IMG/VR virus record: IMGVR_UViG_3300046355_000213
Coordinates: 1 to 64,000 of that record
Source: a virus
Strand: one strand, 5' to 3'
Length of the DNA: 64,000 nucleotides
Of this stretch, positions 58,101-64,000 are shown piece by piece. A program made the translations under genes and the position numbers. Position 1 is the stretch's first letter. Each line of letters opens with the position of its first letter. The notes under the pieces are model-generated. The model worked only from the letters and a program-made list of their open reading frames with translations. It was not told where the DNA came from and searched no databases.

Positions 58101-59822
58101 TTCCTTTGGATTGAAAGAGTAAGCCAGTGGGTTCTCATAAATGGCATTAAGGTTATTCTTTAACGCGCCCAGACGAGTCACCTCATCAGCTCTGCGCTTG
58201 TCGTAACCTTCTCTGTCTTTTACGTACTCTACAATGTTACCTGCATTTTCAAATAACTTAGAGCCAGCTCCCAGGATAGAACCTGTTAAGAAACCGGAGA
58301 TAAATGTCTTGGCACCTTGTACAGAAAACTGTTCAGCTGCTGCCATACGCATAGAATCAAAAGCAGCATCTACTTCATGGGATTTCTCCTTAGTAAGATA
58401 CCAGTTCTGCACCGCCGCGTTAGACATGTCCTGTGCATTCTCCTGTAAAGCTTCTGCCAGGTTAGCCTGTACATATTTTACAGGGTTCTTTAATAGTGTA
58501 CGCTTGAACGCCAACCAGCGGTTGTCAGCTGCTTCAATAAAGCGCTTGCCCATCTTGGCAGCATCTTTATTACCCAGCATGATAAGGCCTTTAGCCACAT
58601 CATCATCAAGCATGTAGCGTAGTGACCCAAAGCCTTTCAAGATATTACCAAAGGCAATCTTGTTACTAAGCAGGATCATGTAGGTATTGATAGCACCATT
58701 GGCCTGTGCCGCTTGTAAAGCTTCATCAGACATAGCCTGCTTCTCCAGTTCATCCGGCTCACGGCCCTTCTCTGTTAGAAACTGTGCTGCTCTCTTCTCT
58801 TGTAGTTCAGTGAATGTACCTGCTGCTTCTGCCTTAGCTTCTGCAATGGCCATGTTCAGTTCACGTATATCACGGTAGAAAGAACCAAAGCCACGGGCTG
58901 TAGTTCTTGCCAGGGCTTTAGAGCCTCCAAAAGCAATGTCATCTACGCGGCTTAGTTTTTTAAAGTCATCAACAAAGTCAATAGTATTGCCTAAAGGCAT
59001 TAAGTTTTTCCCTACAAATTCTGCAGAGCGTGATACGCCACTCCAGATCTTTCTTAACGTACTGGCTTTTTGTGTAGCATTGACTAAGTCTTCTGTACGT
59101 CTGGCAACCTTACCAATATTAGCAGCAAGCTTTGCAGTACGCACTGCCTGGATCTCACTGGCACCACCAAATGTAAGTGCGGTTAAAGCAGACAAAGCTG
59201 CCTCTTCAGCAGCAATCTCAGCAATGGCACCAATGGCATAGCCAGACTGCTGTACAGTGGTAGCAATGGTGTTGAAGTTAAATACGGAATTACGGTCAGC
59301 CTCTGTCTCAAAGATGGGATTGTTGTTGAACATGGCTTGTTGCTTCATGTTGATCTCCTCCATCTCAGCCTGCTCAAAGGCAGCCTTTAATGAGAAGTTA
59401 CCACCAGCCATGTCACCCATTACTTCAAATGTGTCACCCCAACTGCCTGCCTGTTCTTTTACTTGTTCCCAAGCCAGAGAGCCCATGCCTGAAAAAGCAT
59501 TGGACAACTTGTTCATATTGGTCTGACGCTGTCCATACAATTCTTCATTGTTACGGAACGGGTCAAAGCCCAGTTCAGCAAAGTAATCTGAGTTTTGGTA
59601 CCTGTCTCTGCTGGATGCAACCGGATCATAAGCAATTGGCTGCAACATCTTATCCATAGACGGCTGGCTCATCTGTGCATCAAACGCACTGAATGCCTTG
59701 TCTACATAACTACCACCAGGGTTATAGTTAGCAAAAGGGTTGTTTACGGGAGTTAGTACTGGATCTGGCTGAATGACTTGTCTTTCAACGGAGTCATTTA
59801 ACAGCAACTCATTTTCTTCCAT
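46140..59822 (-). CDS. virion-packaged crAss-like RNA polymerase polyprotein with zincin-like domain and C-terminal Dda/RecD-like SF1B helicase
   Basis: GFRIPTQ, GSDFDIDK catalytic loop (~50580-50594), FVDAAKDP; FHEAFE; GRGGTGKT, VDEASM, GDNAQIPP, ITSHKVQGSTY, YTAVSR. Confidence 0.9.
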   Translation of the reverse strand: MEENELLLNDSVERQVIQPDPVLTPVNNPFANYNPGGSYVDKAFSAFDAQMSQPSMDKMLQPIAYDPVASSRDRYQNSDYFAELGFDPFRNNEELYGQRQTNMNKLSNAFSGMGSLAWEQVKEQAGSWGDTFEVMGDMAGGNFSLKAAFEQAEMEEINMKQQAMFNNNPIFETEADRNSVFNFNTIATTVQQSGYAIGAIAEIAAEEAALSALTALTFGGASEIQAVRTAKLAANIGKVARRTEDLVNATQKASTLRKIWSGVSRSAEFVGKNLMPLGNTIDFVDDFKKLSRVDDIAFGGSKALARTTARGFGSFYRDIRELNMAIAEAKAEAAGTFTELQEKRAAQFLTEKGREPDELEKQAMSDEALQAAQANGAINTYMILLSNKIAFGNILKGFGSLRYMLDDDVAKGLIMLGNKDAAKMGKRFIEAADNRWLAFKRTLLKNPVKYVQANLAEALQENAQDMSNAAVQNWYLTKEKSHEVDAAFDSMRMAAAEQFSVQGAKTFISGFLTGSILGAGSKLFENAGNIVEYVKDREGYDKRRADEVTRLGALKNNLNAIYENPLAYSFNPKEGVTMQANFASLMKDAAVDKDKKTFHDIQDDAMRHFIMTGITTGTLDVLTGRMQDYVKNLSPEEFTQAFGVEFSKENHESMVQQVTKFQTRAEQVAKIHNKLQTEFVNPFNPGQHKIGTPEFIDEAYRYMAFKEAVNQMTFMQDTYQATITRQQQVLDGIKTKQGFENLPFSTVFTLTSQLELEKEVNMLQQEIEVNTDPKLGAEKKAKLKKLERYQKALTKYLDKVDAIKGNKGLSADQSAEQTAAALEQFKKQGSQFFTEYVNAELEKNGQRPVQTAVANDAFGNLTDYFQLQEDQGSVLEHINLLADPDFFANYLDRNYKAFRAFAKKRAEQTATTAEDTSVEVTDDLPRPEDLDPTNKPDNTPVVDTDNDGIEEDEVDEEGQVRSSKPVFGSTFFFKTTGQHFNWDGTLNTENGSNRFFRFTERMMFEPDTYFLIPVTAANDTFGIRREDKYQDDIKLVVVKKVGDSFVYVDQEGNELQNPTKDTIVYTSMNGSEVLFGEDKAKAVELVKKNFATKDLTDDQILGAIENFKTERDAIKASNIAGEVVAFPVVGRSKGTVRLAPKDINTGMPQEIALQGSVIKSDSDDFLNLEHPNGEVIELAIGTVDKALNMGGVDKGRMVARGKKTGNVFRIKSRKFSEEELVNLKDALKALTKLMGKKNLTADQARQKKDILNYLSGTVFWSSPDKGKAAGPNQFYVNKGKLFRGTQSWAFTEVSIDGNFEAILENLYYSVNNSLLNKKGAFQAVKMNGGVAERETFPSYNAFLMDNTGGRRPILYTNSQPYNPNVNSADYQIEGRYLVFNTSDEPVSSKIPAPGEKDTLVSTPPAATGGLKWNKTMPTTAVQPAATTATPAPTTVAGTKSPTKKEDTPATGKSSLRMGGAKPAAVVVPADQVTTAGSSTAATPPAPAAGPATKGLDPTAMSVLLGNDIANLEDGEVPFQDEFYRLSLGNPDVKREDLAKVQAFLTRVLPGVPLHVVSTLIHNKAYGAFMRGAIFLYENAEEGTAFHEAFEAVWNAYLTAPEQAILAKEFSSRKGTFTNPFTGETKEYKDANMYDVREMLAEEFRTYILTGNFPVGAPKAKSFFTKVMDFIKKILGLSKEDRAEMDNVVNNLFVKINQGGFANAVPVRDLNNLQAVYRSIPGTTQEVTTYAVEGLTSYFFMNLYKEGKNMDALIKTDANNNKELVRLFNAALQDMDTAITAHFDAVFQNYVKQYEKQVSRKATEAEKRELKDNYFIPGNRLYTQMETIKQQPMELYELFKGSIGRFGVSFSDISEDLEAIPDELNSDGLGITDAVKIDPRRFGATNFKLLMGSLTDDVYNDKTKRYEFKKNALGLPKLSNYDRIYAILLNELNGSMSRIEGGEFVPGIDAMFDTLDKRFQKKNGVYKEGFEWIYRMKVRLKYLNPQTGAKIEVANLTPDDVRLRIAFEQSLTNMQNDPIKMVFGGDGLIYNDASLDTASQNNKRAEWSNAIKDTAVPYNQRNGETLLTINDNGSIILDRTSGEYAQAMGATDFASVLDALDIMGIKFTASNKALQSFEAEIMDAYSAIRSKITDESINTIDQLFGRSIVNGPIQTLLNIEVATTPEENVLVHKNAEGENQYTITQPSTISYLLNSFKVAKTLADFVTSNPQFGTVDSQGTVVLHPYQTNSMLLKKGGLFFDRNGKKRKGADLNYHLISGVTEATGTGKNTDVLTYPDRVMQEINHLLGNVHYTIINSDKSTEFGLGFNESLVSFDDANIFVSGGKVLTIYLDQLSDELDAAIAEHKNPSNIQYYGAEVKKLAHFRDILGPEFSARIKSVVEGKTTKSSLISSTEVSSRIMEYINNEIERTKAALEDMDMFFDVGDNEAGEVIYATNSINAELLAGYGIQDKNAITENELNNLIAFLVINKEVAVAEQHKLIYGHPALYKDLAKRSNGANSTKIAFIDNLEIRQWMDDNMSRHDGKRRSGEQLATFNNISFKDNTVVAAMMIEYVETMYKSMVELQKDKAAVEERIGAEFTADGKFVKLKVDSKGKNYGDAAKYLDINEADAQAWIMPDMFRDLLYLSSRMTHEQQAQWDYEIAYEMIARSSKPEDHVAYRSYSEAQLDAARATLAKGNPGTVLQVLKPQYFGYNPQSPLMHTVFLKNSTQPKFYRQVENTAFENLYLSALDRQIDIIGFESGQKVGNMLNQKGEFAAIYNSEGKVNIVEEEGAVNLPDIPVQNLLSRYLGIQQEMPNAFKSAVVRGTQPTKLIMSNFKFRGKYTSPEAEKLVTEYNNILAQMVMLGKEKLLKELGVTRNAAGKYSVKDVSKMVSLLRKEAKSRDLPDNIIDAIDTIENEYGKTDFRYPLDALPNRKKIDNILNSIVDSRVISEKMNGKPAVQVASTLFESKSRSFVYLKDGVWTSTKGMKLEDLSVEEQASVRMVSNDLKFYRMENGKIANMEVYLPNFLEGVNLPGAVNGVINVKDIDPRILKALGFRIPTQGMNSIESITIKGFLPREMGDMVVVPSEITGKAGSDFDIDKLQMYLANFYVAKNGKASYYEWKGTQEATREHYEKLYNKGEFITPEEQALLDTFLAEQLYYNATESISILEGKKIREVFSKFFDSESLTKDFLEEMKDVQSRKKAFLDAAVKKSIQNRYREIMQDLVTLPENMRQLITPNSTDTLKNMADEINRLKGVEDLTASSKYAIYRSLIDSADIRHRFLSGKKLVGIAALQITSQVMTQLGETKLTGKYDAGKLYYLVNNVVKNLGDNPRMRDVKINLSHNLDEENQLFLDSLTTQDGMMISDLINEALSGFVDAAKDPFVFSLNITIDTAGTWFYLQKLGVPITELAYMFNQPVLDRLFKERAKNKSLFKKLSGDKINDFLIALKMITPYYKALYPNEQTSLYKRYVQATEDGNFKELKLVKKMFKEVVDVNRKQVGTMTEAGLRDSIQRMNAKDYVMTAADAQMQIAVLADFLEYQEQSSNMTEFISGIGYDNVKTKSITENVMQIGRWRKVSSKGFIANPEGIMDNTFMGELKKQKEDIFELFTPFFVSLDQRTRKAFQPALDLLDSGAFLTRDMQEELIMKYNDFLINYIMQTTPFMDESGNQTNIAAHAERLLMGNNSMARRLKVIKESTDKNIQNNMFLKELMQVIASEEGKPDVIKMLRRVTDSYRTNLTLDSAKDLYQYAINSGNTELEGFLKDLAYLTMIQGGNQETAFNFVRVLPVEIFSNTSKLILDAFKNSPEMELNTASIWKQFHQNNVMDDSIVPNAKFYKNMGGFLSVSVDMDTAKRPYVKVVKLNKAYSKDQIEELRRNRQYDKMYVHTLYERYKEDGKGNMIFRPVNKKGSNKMYTEVNNVGFTSMLADNNTTREEMYPDNAALVAKPEVIMPESETNEVANEQPAAENTEAPNTLEIGAFTILKGSDGTYDIQGPDGVIADYVPTLQEAIDIANKADALVQQDEQAGNLFNEENLVPWDGDPFAESNSLSVVPTEASVEQPKGDKLDKKYELFEGVYANEGQRDAIDKIEGFLKGDAQQFLLKGRGGTGKTTIIQKAIATSGVSKNSIVGTTVSYEAKNVLQESMKGYKTATIASMLGLIPDYDKFGAMYFRERNADEEADFRAAGKADPIETARLIIVDEASMIGDFIYGRLLERKLPGAKIIFMGDNAQIPPIDVADNTDSPVWNLMQGTNYAELTERMRQASESPIIPVTDVFAVNIERIQKDQPGVVKNPLVERADKMENGEGVQFMNDVKAVVTEYVADYNNPAFTKGSVIVGARNEVVDNFNRQVRTALFEDAMEQPYLPGDFVRVNTPHYVGKELAFENGFKGKVSAVRETSNDVSAKYGFPIYEITVNTPVVDINGEANVRKSTMLTINPTEKAKWKTILAQEAAAAKKYTRGTSESKAAWRKFYDLKGSIVDIGYGYAITSHKVQGSTYDSTYVLENDIMSFPGGTEQQNRMMYTAVSRPRKKLVIFNAAVASTGATEVLRNAEGVRKFVRSAQIDQVKEDKDKGCN

Positions 59823-59873
59823 AAAGAAACGGACTTATAAAGTGTGGGGAGGGAATATCGTACTTGGGAACTA

Positions 59874-62732
59874 CTACTGAATTAAACTTTCATAACTCGC
59901 AGTAGGACTAATAAAATTACCAGAAGCACCTGGCTTTTGCAATGACTGTTGATTACCTGTGTAAATCTGGTACATCATCTGCTCCAGTTGTCTTTGTACA
60001 GAAGTGATGGAGTTATTAAGGGCAGGGTATAAAGTCTTTTGCTTTGGAATGCCTTTCTCCATGTAATTGAAAGTGACAATGTATTGCTGGGCTGCGGGAT
60101 CTTTAAGTACCGTGTAGTCAAAGCCAAACTTCTTCACAGCTGCAGGAGCTTTGAGCATCTGGTTTTTATCAAAGCCTAGATCACTCATGCCTGGCAAGTC
60201 AAAGTCCTGGTTGAAGCCTTCTATCTGTGCCTGGTCAACCGCCATCTCAAGACCGTTGTTAAGGGTACGTATGGTTTTTGACCAATCATCACTGGCAAAT
60301 CTCTTCTCACCCAATAGCTTTTTCACTTCGTCCATGTTGTAGATAAGCTTTACAGACGGCTTGCCATTGACACCTACTTTAGTAAGTCTTACTTTATCAA
60401 TGAAGTTGTCAATGTTGCCACGGGTAAGGTCCATTAATTCTTTGATCTTCTCACGGTCAGCTCCCAACTCTTCCAGTTGCTTGATGTTGATAGGGTAACC
60501 TACCCCATCTTTATCTACAATCTGGTTAGGCATGTTAGACGAACTCATAGCTTGTACGGCAATGTTCTGCGCCTGCTCACGGTCTTCCTTACGGTCAGTG
60601 ATCAACTCTATCTCCTGTCCCATGATAGCTCCTTCTACATTCATGTAGCGTTGCATCAAAGTAGCAGTCTTGCCTTTAGCCAGGTCATACGCTTTGTTGT
60701 ATGTCTCTTGCAGGGCATCCCAGCGGTCTTCTGCACGACTGACTGCTTCTCTGGAAGCCATACCAAAAGAAGATGCTCCAGGTATACCTTGTGCAGGCAC
60801 ATTTACCATGTTCTTGATAAAGTTCTTTACAAAAGATTCTTTGCTGGTAAATCCTAAATTAGCCTTCATGTAGTCATTGAGTGTCATCATCTGACCACCT
60901 TTCATCAAAGGTTTGAAAGCCGGGTCTTGCCCTACTTTCTTTTCTACCTCAGCATGAATCTGGGAGAGGTTCGTAAACTGTCCGGCAAGGGCAGCATGAC
61001 GCTGGATACGGTTGAACACATTGGCGTTCACTGATCCTGCTTTGGCACCGGCAGCAAGTATTTCTGTTGCCCGGTCATACATCATGTTATATAACTGGTT
61101 AGGACTGTCTCCTAACTTATAGCTCTTAGGAATAACACCTACATCCTGCAAGCGTTTGTGTTCTTTCTCCAGCTCAGGGTTTGTTAAAAACTTACCCGTT
61201 TTAATCACGCCAGATAGGTACTGCATGTAAGCAGGGGATACCATCTTATCAGGACTTTGCATACCTGCTTCTGAAATGATACTGGCCCCTGTGCTTAAAT
61301 ATTCATCAGCCGTGCGGTTGAACTGCTCAGTCATTCGCTGGTGAGCGGCAACAGGATCTGTGCCCATGATACTTTTACCTACATAGATAGGTGTATCATT
61401 AGGATTACCTGCGTCCTTCTTATTGCCGGATGAACTGGAGCCTGAACCAGAGCCCGAAGCTCCACTGCCGTAGCGTGTCTGAAACTGTGAGTCATCCTGC
61501 AACATCTTGGCCATAGTCTTTTCCATCTCAAGGTTAGCCTTGAATACCGGATCTATGTCAATCTTGTACTTGTTATTGATAGCCTGGTTGCGGGCAAAGT
61601 TTTGGATCAGTGCATTCTTGTTGGCCCTGCGGAAGAAATCTTCACCACCATTAAGCATGCTGTTATATTCATCCTGATATTCTTTAGCATCAGGCTTAGA
61701 GTACTTGTCAATATTCTCCTGTAAGGAAGAAGAAGAATTCTTGTAGCTTTCTAATTGAAGGGCTATGTTTTTACGCTCTGTCAATTCCTCAACAGTAAGT
61801 TCACCTTTAGCTTGTTTAGCCTTGAACTCTACGTCCATGGCATCAAGCTTCTTGGTCATCTCTGTAACCTGCTCATCTAGGTCTGACTTTCTTTCTGTGT
61901 AGTATCCTCTTTGCTTAGTCATGTAGCCATCAGCTACCATCTTCTTAGCAGTAGGTTCGTCATACCCTAAACCCTGGTATTGCTGTACCTGGCTGCGGTA
62001 ATCTACCACACCCTGTACACGGAACATATCATCAGCCTGGGGCATACTGGCCAGTTCATTAGCCGCCCATTCTTTAAACAAAGGCACAGCACCGTCACCA
62101 TTTGTGCGGGTGATCTTATACGCATTGTTGGGTCCTCCCTGGCTTTCTGTTTCAATCATCAGGCCCTGGTCTTTGGCACGCTTTTTCAACTCAGCCATTG
62201 TATCAAAGTAAGGAACATACTTGTTCACCTTGACTTTAGATATAGAGCCGTCACCACGCTTTGCCATAGAAAGCTCATTGGCTGACAGGGCCACATAGTT
62301 AGCACCGGTCTGCCAGTATTGTTCTCTGACCTTGGGATCATTGGATTGTGCCATAGAATCAGCACGGGTACGCTCTGCGTTGATAGCAGAGGTCTTGGAG
62401 TAGTCCATCAAAAGGTCCTGGTCTTGCCAGAATGGAGCATACACTTGTTGGGCAGCATCCACATTTTGCATCTGTGAAAAGTCAACCCCTTGTAATTTCT
62501 TTAGTTGGTCCTCGGCCTGTTTGATATAGTTGTCTCTGACCACTTGATTGTCTGACACTGACAGTGCAGCATTACGGATCAAGCTGTCTGAGGATTTAAC
62601 CTGGCTCAGTCCTTGCTCAAACATGGAAGATCTACGCTGAAGCATAGAGTTCATCATACCAAAGTCCGGTGTGTATAACGGAAGCGGTGCTATAATGTCT
62701 GAGCCTGAAGGATACGGATTAATAGATGCCAT
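59874..62732 (-). CDS. virion cargo/ejection protein
   Basis: 952 aa, helical, no Cys seen, directly upstream of RNAP as in crAss-like phages. Confidence 0.7.
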   Translation of the reverse strand: MASINPYPSGSDIIAPLPLYTPDFGMMNSMLQRRSSMFEQGLSQVKSSDSLIRNAALSVSDNQVVRDNYIKQAEDQLKKLQGVDFSQMQNVDAAQQVYAPFWQDQDLLMDYSKTSAINAERTRADSMAQSNDPKVREQYWQTGANYVALSANELSMAKRGDGSISKVKVNKYVPYFDTMAELKKRAKDQGLMIETESQGGPNNAYKITRTNGDGAVPLFKEWAANELASMPQADDMFRVQGVVDYRSQVQQYQGLGYDEPTAKKMVADGYMTKQRGYYTERKSDLDEQVTEMTKKLDAMDVEFKAKQAKGELTVEELTERKNIALQLESYKNSSSSLQENIDKYSKPDAKEYQDEYNSMLNGGEDFFRRANKNALIQNFARNQAINNKYKIDIDPVFKANLEMEKTMAKMLQDDSQFQTRYGSGASGSGSGSSSSGNKKDAGNPNDTPIYVGKSIMGTDPVAAHQRMTEQFNRTADEYLSTGASIISEAGMQSPDKMVSPAYMQYLSGVIKTGKFLTNPELEKEHKRLQDVGVIPKSYKLGDSPNQLYNMMYDRATEILAAGAKAGSVNANVFNRIQRHAALAGQFTNLSQIHAEVEKKVGQDPAFKPLMKGGQMMTLNDYMKANLGFTSKESFVKNFIKNMVNVPAQGIPGASSFGMASREAVSRAEDRWDALQETYNKAYDLAKGKTATLMQRYMNVEGAIMGQEIELITDRKEDREQAQNIAVQAMSSSNMPNQIVDKDGVGYPINIKQLEELGADREKIKELMDLTRGNIDNFIDKVRLTKVGVNGKPSVKLIYNMDEVKKLLGEKRFASDDWSKTIRTLNNGLEMAVDQAQIEGFNQDFDLPGMSDLGFDKNQMLKAPAAVKKFGFDYTVLKDPAAQQYIVTFNYMEKGIPKQKTLYPALNNSITSVQRQLEQMMYQIYTGNQQSLQKPGASGNFISPTASYESLIQ

Positions 62733-62742
62733 AGTACATTAA

Positions 62743-62758
62743 TAATATACAAAAAAAA
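62743..62758 (-). promoter_or_regulatory. candidate late promoter motif TTTTTTTTGTATATTA
   Basis: Near-identical motif at 25697-25713 upstream of the other minus-strand operon. Confidence 0.45.
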
Positions 62759-62786
62759 TCTGATAAGTTTAGTAAACCTGGGAAGT

Positions 62787-64000
62787 TTACTGTGTCATTC
62801 TCATGGCTGGAAACTGTCTGTTTTGCATACCGGCCATCATCTGCATGAATGGGTTCATCACAGAAGTAAAATCAGGGTAGCCATCATTGTCCTTATCAGT
62901 GGTAGTAGTACGGCCTTTTTGTTTCATCTGCTCGTCAGCCCATGCAGTTGCTTTGTCCATGGGCATTTTTAAGGTCTCCGTAGCATACTTGATCATCTCA
63001 GGATAAGTAGTTGCTGCTGCACCTGTACCTCTTGCACCACGGATCATGCTGTTGATGTCACGATTAGGATCTTTCTGTTTGGCAAATCCTGTACGGGAGT
63101 CAATCATGAAGTAAGGGTTGGTAGCATTGATGCCATCCACCATTGCACGGTTGTTCCAGGCATTGTTGTATGCTGCCAGCAATTGACTGTCAGCAGCACT
63201 TTGGTTACGGAAGTTTTCTTTCAGTGCATTGTTTGCCATCTCGTTGTACATCGTACTTGCCTGGGCACGGTTAGCCAGATACTGGTTATCCATCTGTGCA
63301 CCTTGTGTCTCATACTGATTGGCAATCATTACGTTTTGCTTATTTACCGCTCCTGCGTTGGCTTCATTGGCTGCCAGGTTTCTTCCTGCCACCTGTGATG
63401 CGCCTGCTAAGAATTGCTGTGGTCTTCCAAAGGTTCTCATACCCTGCATCTGCATGTTAGCCATCTCAGCATTCGCTGCATAGTCGCGGGTAGGGTCCAT
63501 GAATACGGCCTTTGGTTTTACATAACCAGGTGTAGCTACAAAGGGCTTGATCGTAGGAATGGTTGCTCTGGTAGCCAGGGCCTGCATACCTGCCAGCTTA
63601 TCTGGTAATAAGTAATCAGCATTAGGCATTTTATATGGAGCACCTGCTGTCCCTGGTTGTGGACCTGAAAGCATTTCCTCTTCAGACGTAGAACTAGTGT
63701 AAGGAGGGTAGCTGTTAGGTACAGGAGCCAAAGTAGGCAACTTCATCTGTACTGGGATAGGCATAGGAGCTCTTTGGATAGGGTCTACTTTTTCCATCAA
63801 ACGCGGTGCACGGAAATCATAATAACCGTCATTGAACTGTTGCTTTAACTGCTCATCGGTTAACTGATTCACTGCTTTACCAGGATACATCTTCTTGCCC
63901 TTGTTAGTTAAAGGGACATTCTTTAGATAATTCACAAACTGGTTGTTGAACTCAGGATCTTTTTGAGCACTCTGGATCATCCACTTCTGCCACTGGTCCA
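62787..64000 (-). CDS. virion cargo protein, 5'-truncated
   Basis: Frame open to window end; Q/N/A-rich helical, no Cys seen. Confidence 0.7.
   Translation of the reverse strand, partial: DQWQKWMIQSAQKDPEFNNQFVNYLKNVPLTNKGKKMYPGKAVNQLTDEQLKQQFNDGYYDFRAPRLMEKVDPIQRAPMPIPVQMKLPTLAPVPNSYPPYTSSTSEEEMLSGPQPGTAGAPYKMPNADYLLPDKLAGMQALATRATIPTIKPFVATPGYVKPKAVFMDPTRDYAANAEMANMQMQGMRTFGRPQQFLAGASQVAGRNLAANEANAGAVNKQNVMIANQYETQGAQMDNQYLANRAQASTMYNEMANNALKENFRNQSAADSQLLAAYNNAWNNRAMVDGINATNPYFMIDSRTGFAKQKDPNRDINSMIRGARGTGAAATTYPEMIKYATETLKMPMDKATAWADEQMKQKGRTTTTDKDNDGYPDFTSVMNPFMQMMAGMQNRQFPAMRMTQ

Noticed and set aside
40953-63608. Numerous + strand ORFs within the giant minus-strand genes
   Set aside because: Antisense shadow ORFs with no motifs, fully overlapped by well-supported genes
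1-64000. Stop-codon reassignment (TAG/TGA) as in some gut crAss-like phages
   Set aside because: Long genes are uninterrupted in the standard code, and TAG and TGA serve as real stops with next-gene overlaps
40335-64000. All four cargo genes share one reading frame (gaps of 18, 51 and 54 nt), suggesting readthrough into one polyprotein
   Set aside because: The 952-aa gene ends in tandem TAG TAG and the frame coincidence can arise by chance; only the 18-nt junction is kept as a note

Overview
This window is 64 kb of a large dsDNA phage with crAss-like (Crassvirales-type) architecture. The host is most likely Bacteroidota: promoters follow TTTG-N18-20-TAnnTTTG, leaders are A-rich without Shine-Dalgarno, and one gene carries a T9SS-like CTD. 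The standard genetic code fits. Layout: (1) 1-17.5 kb, + strand early/accessory genes: metallophosphoesterase, spore photoproduct lyase, AAA ATPase, two HTH paralogues, HNH, a DUF6915/DUF6878/DUF6745-like cluster, SF2 helicase, UDG and a MoxR/vWA pair. A minus-strand tyrosine integrase sits in this region, preceded by a promoter-driven 5' half of tRNA-Val(GAC). (2) 17.5-25.6 kb, - strand: an Ig-domain protein, holins, a spanin-like protein, a GH19 endolysin, then a six-gene cell-envelope cassette (two CsgG-like paralogues, a cohesin-dockerin-cohesin protein, a lipoprotein with T9SS-like CTD, a membrane peptide, a beta-barrel-like protein). (3) 25.7-40.3 kb, + strand replication genes: DnaA-domain-IV HTH, DnaB, Sak4-like ATPase, SSB-like protein, primase, GIY-YIG, RecE-like nuclease, PolA, dUTPase, dNMP kinase. 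(4) 40.3-64 kb, - strand giant virion cargo proteins, including a 4560-aa virion RNA polymerase (DFDID) fused to a Dda-like helicase. Best leads are the CsgG/cohesin cassette, the 5'-half-tRNA attP candidate, the only two cysteines seen in ~7800 aa of cargo protein lying at adjoining termini, and a recurring TTGTAGA operator-like box. All family assignments come from motifs read by eye; no database searches were run.
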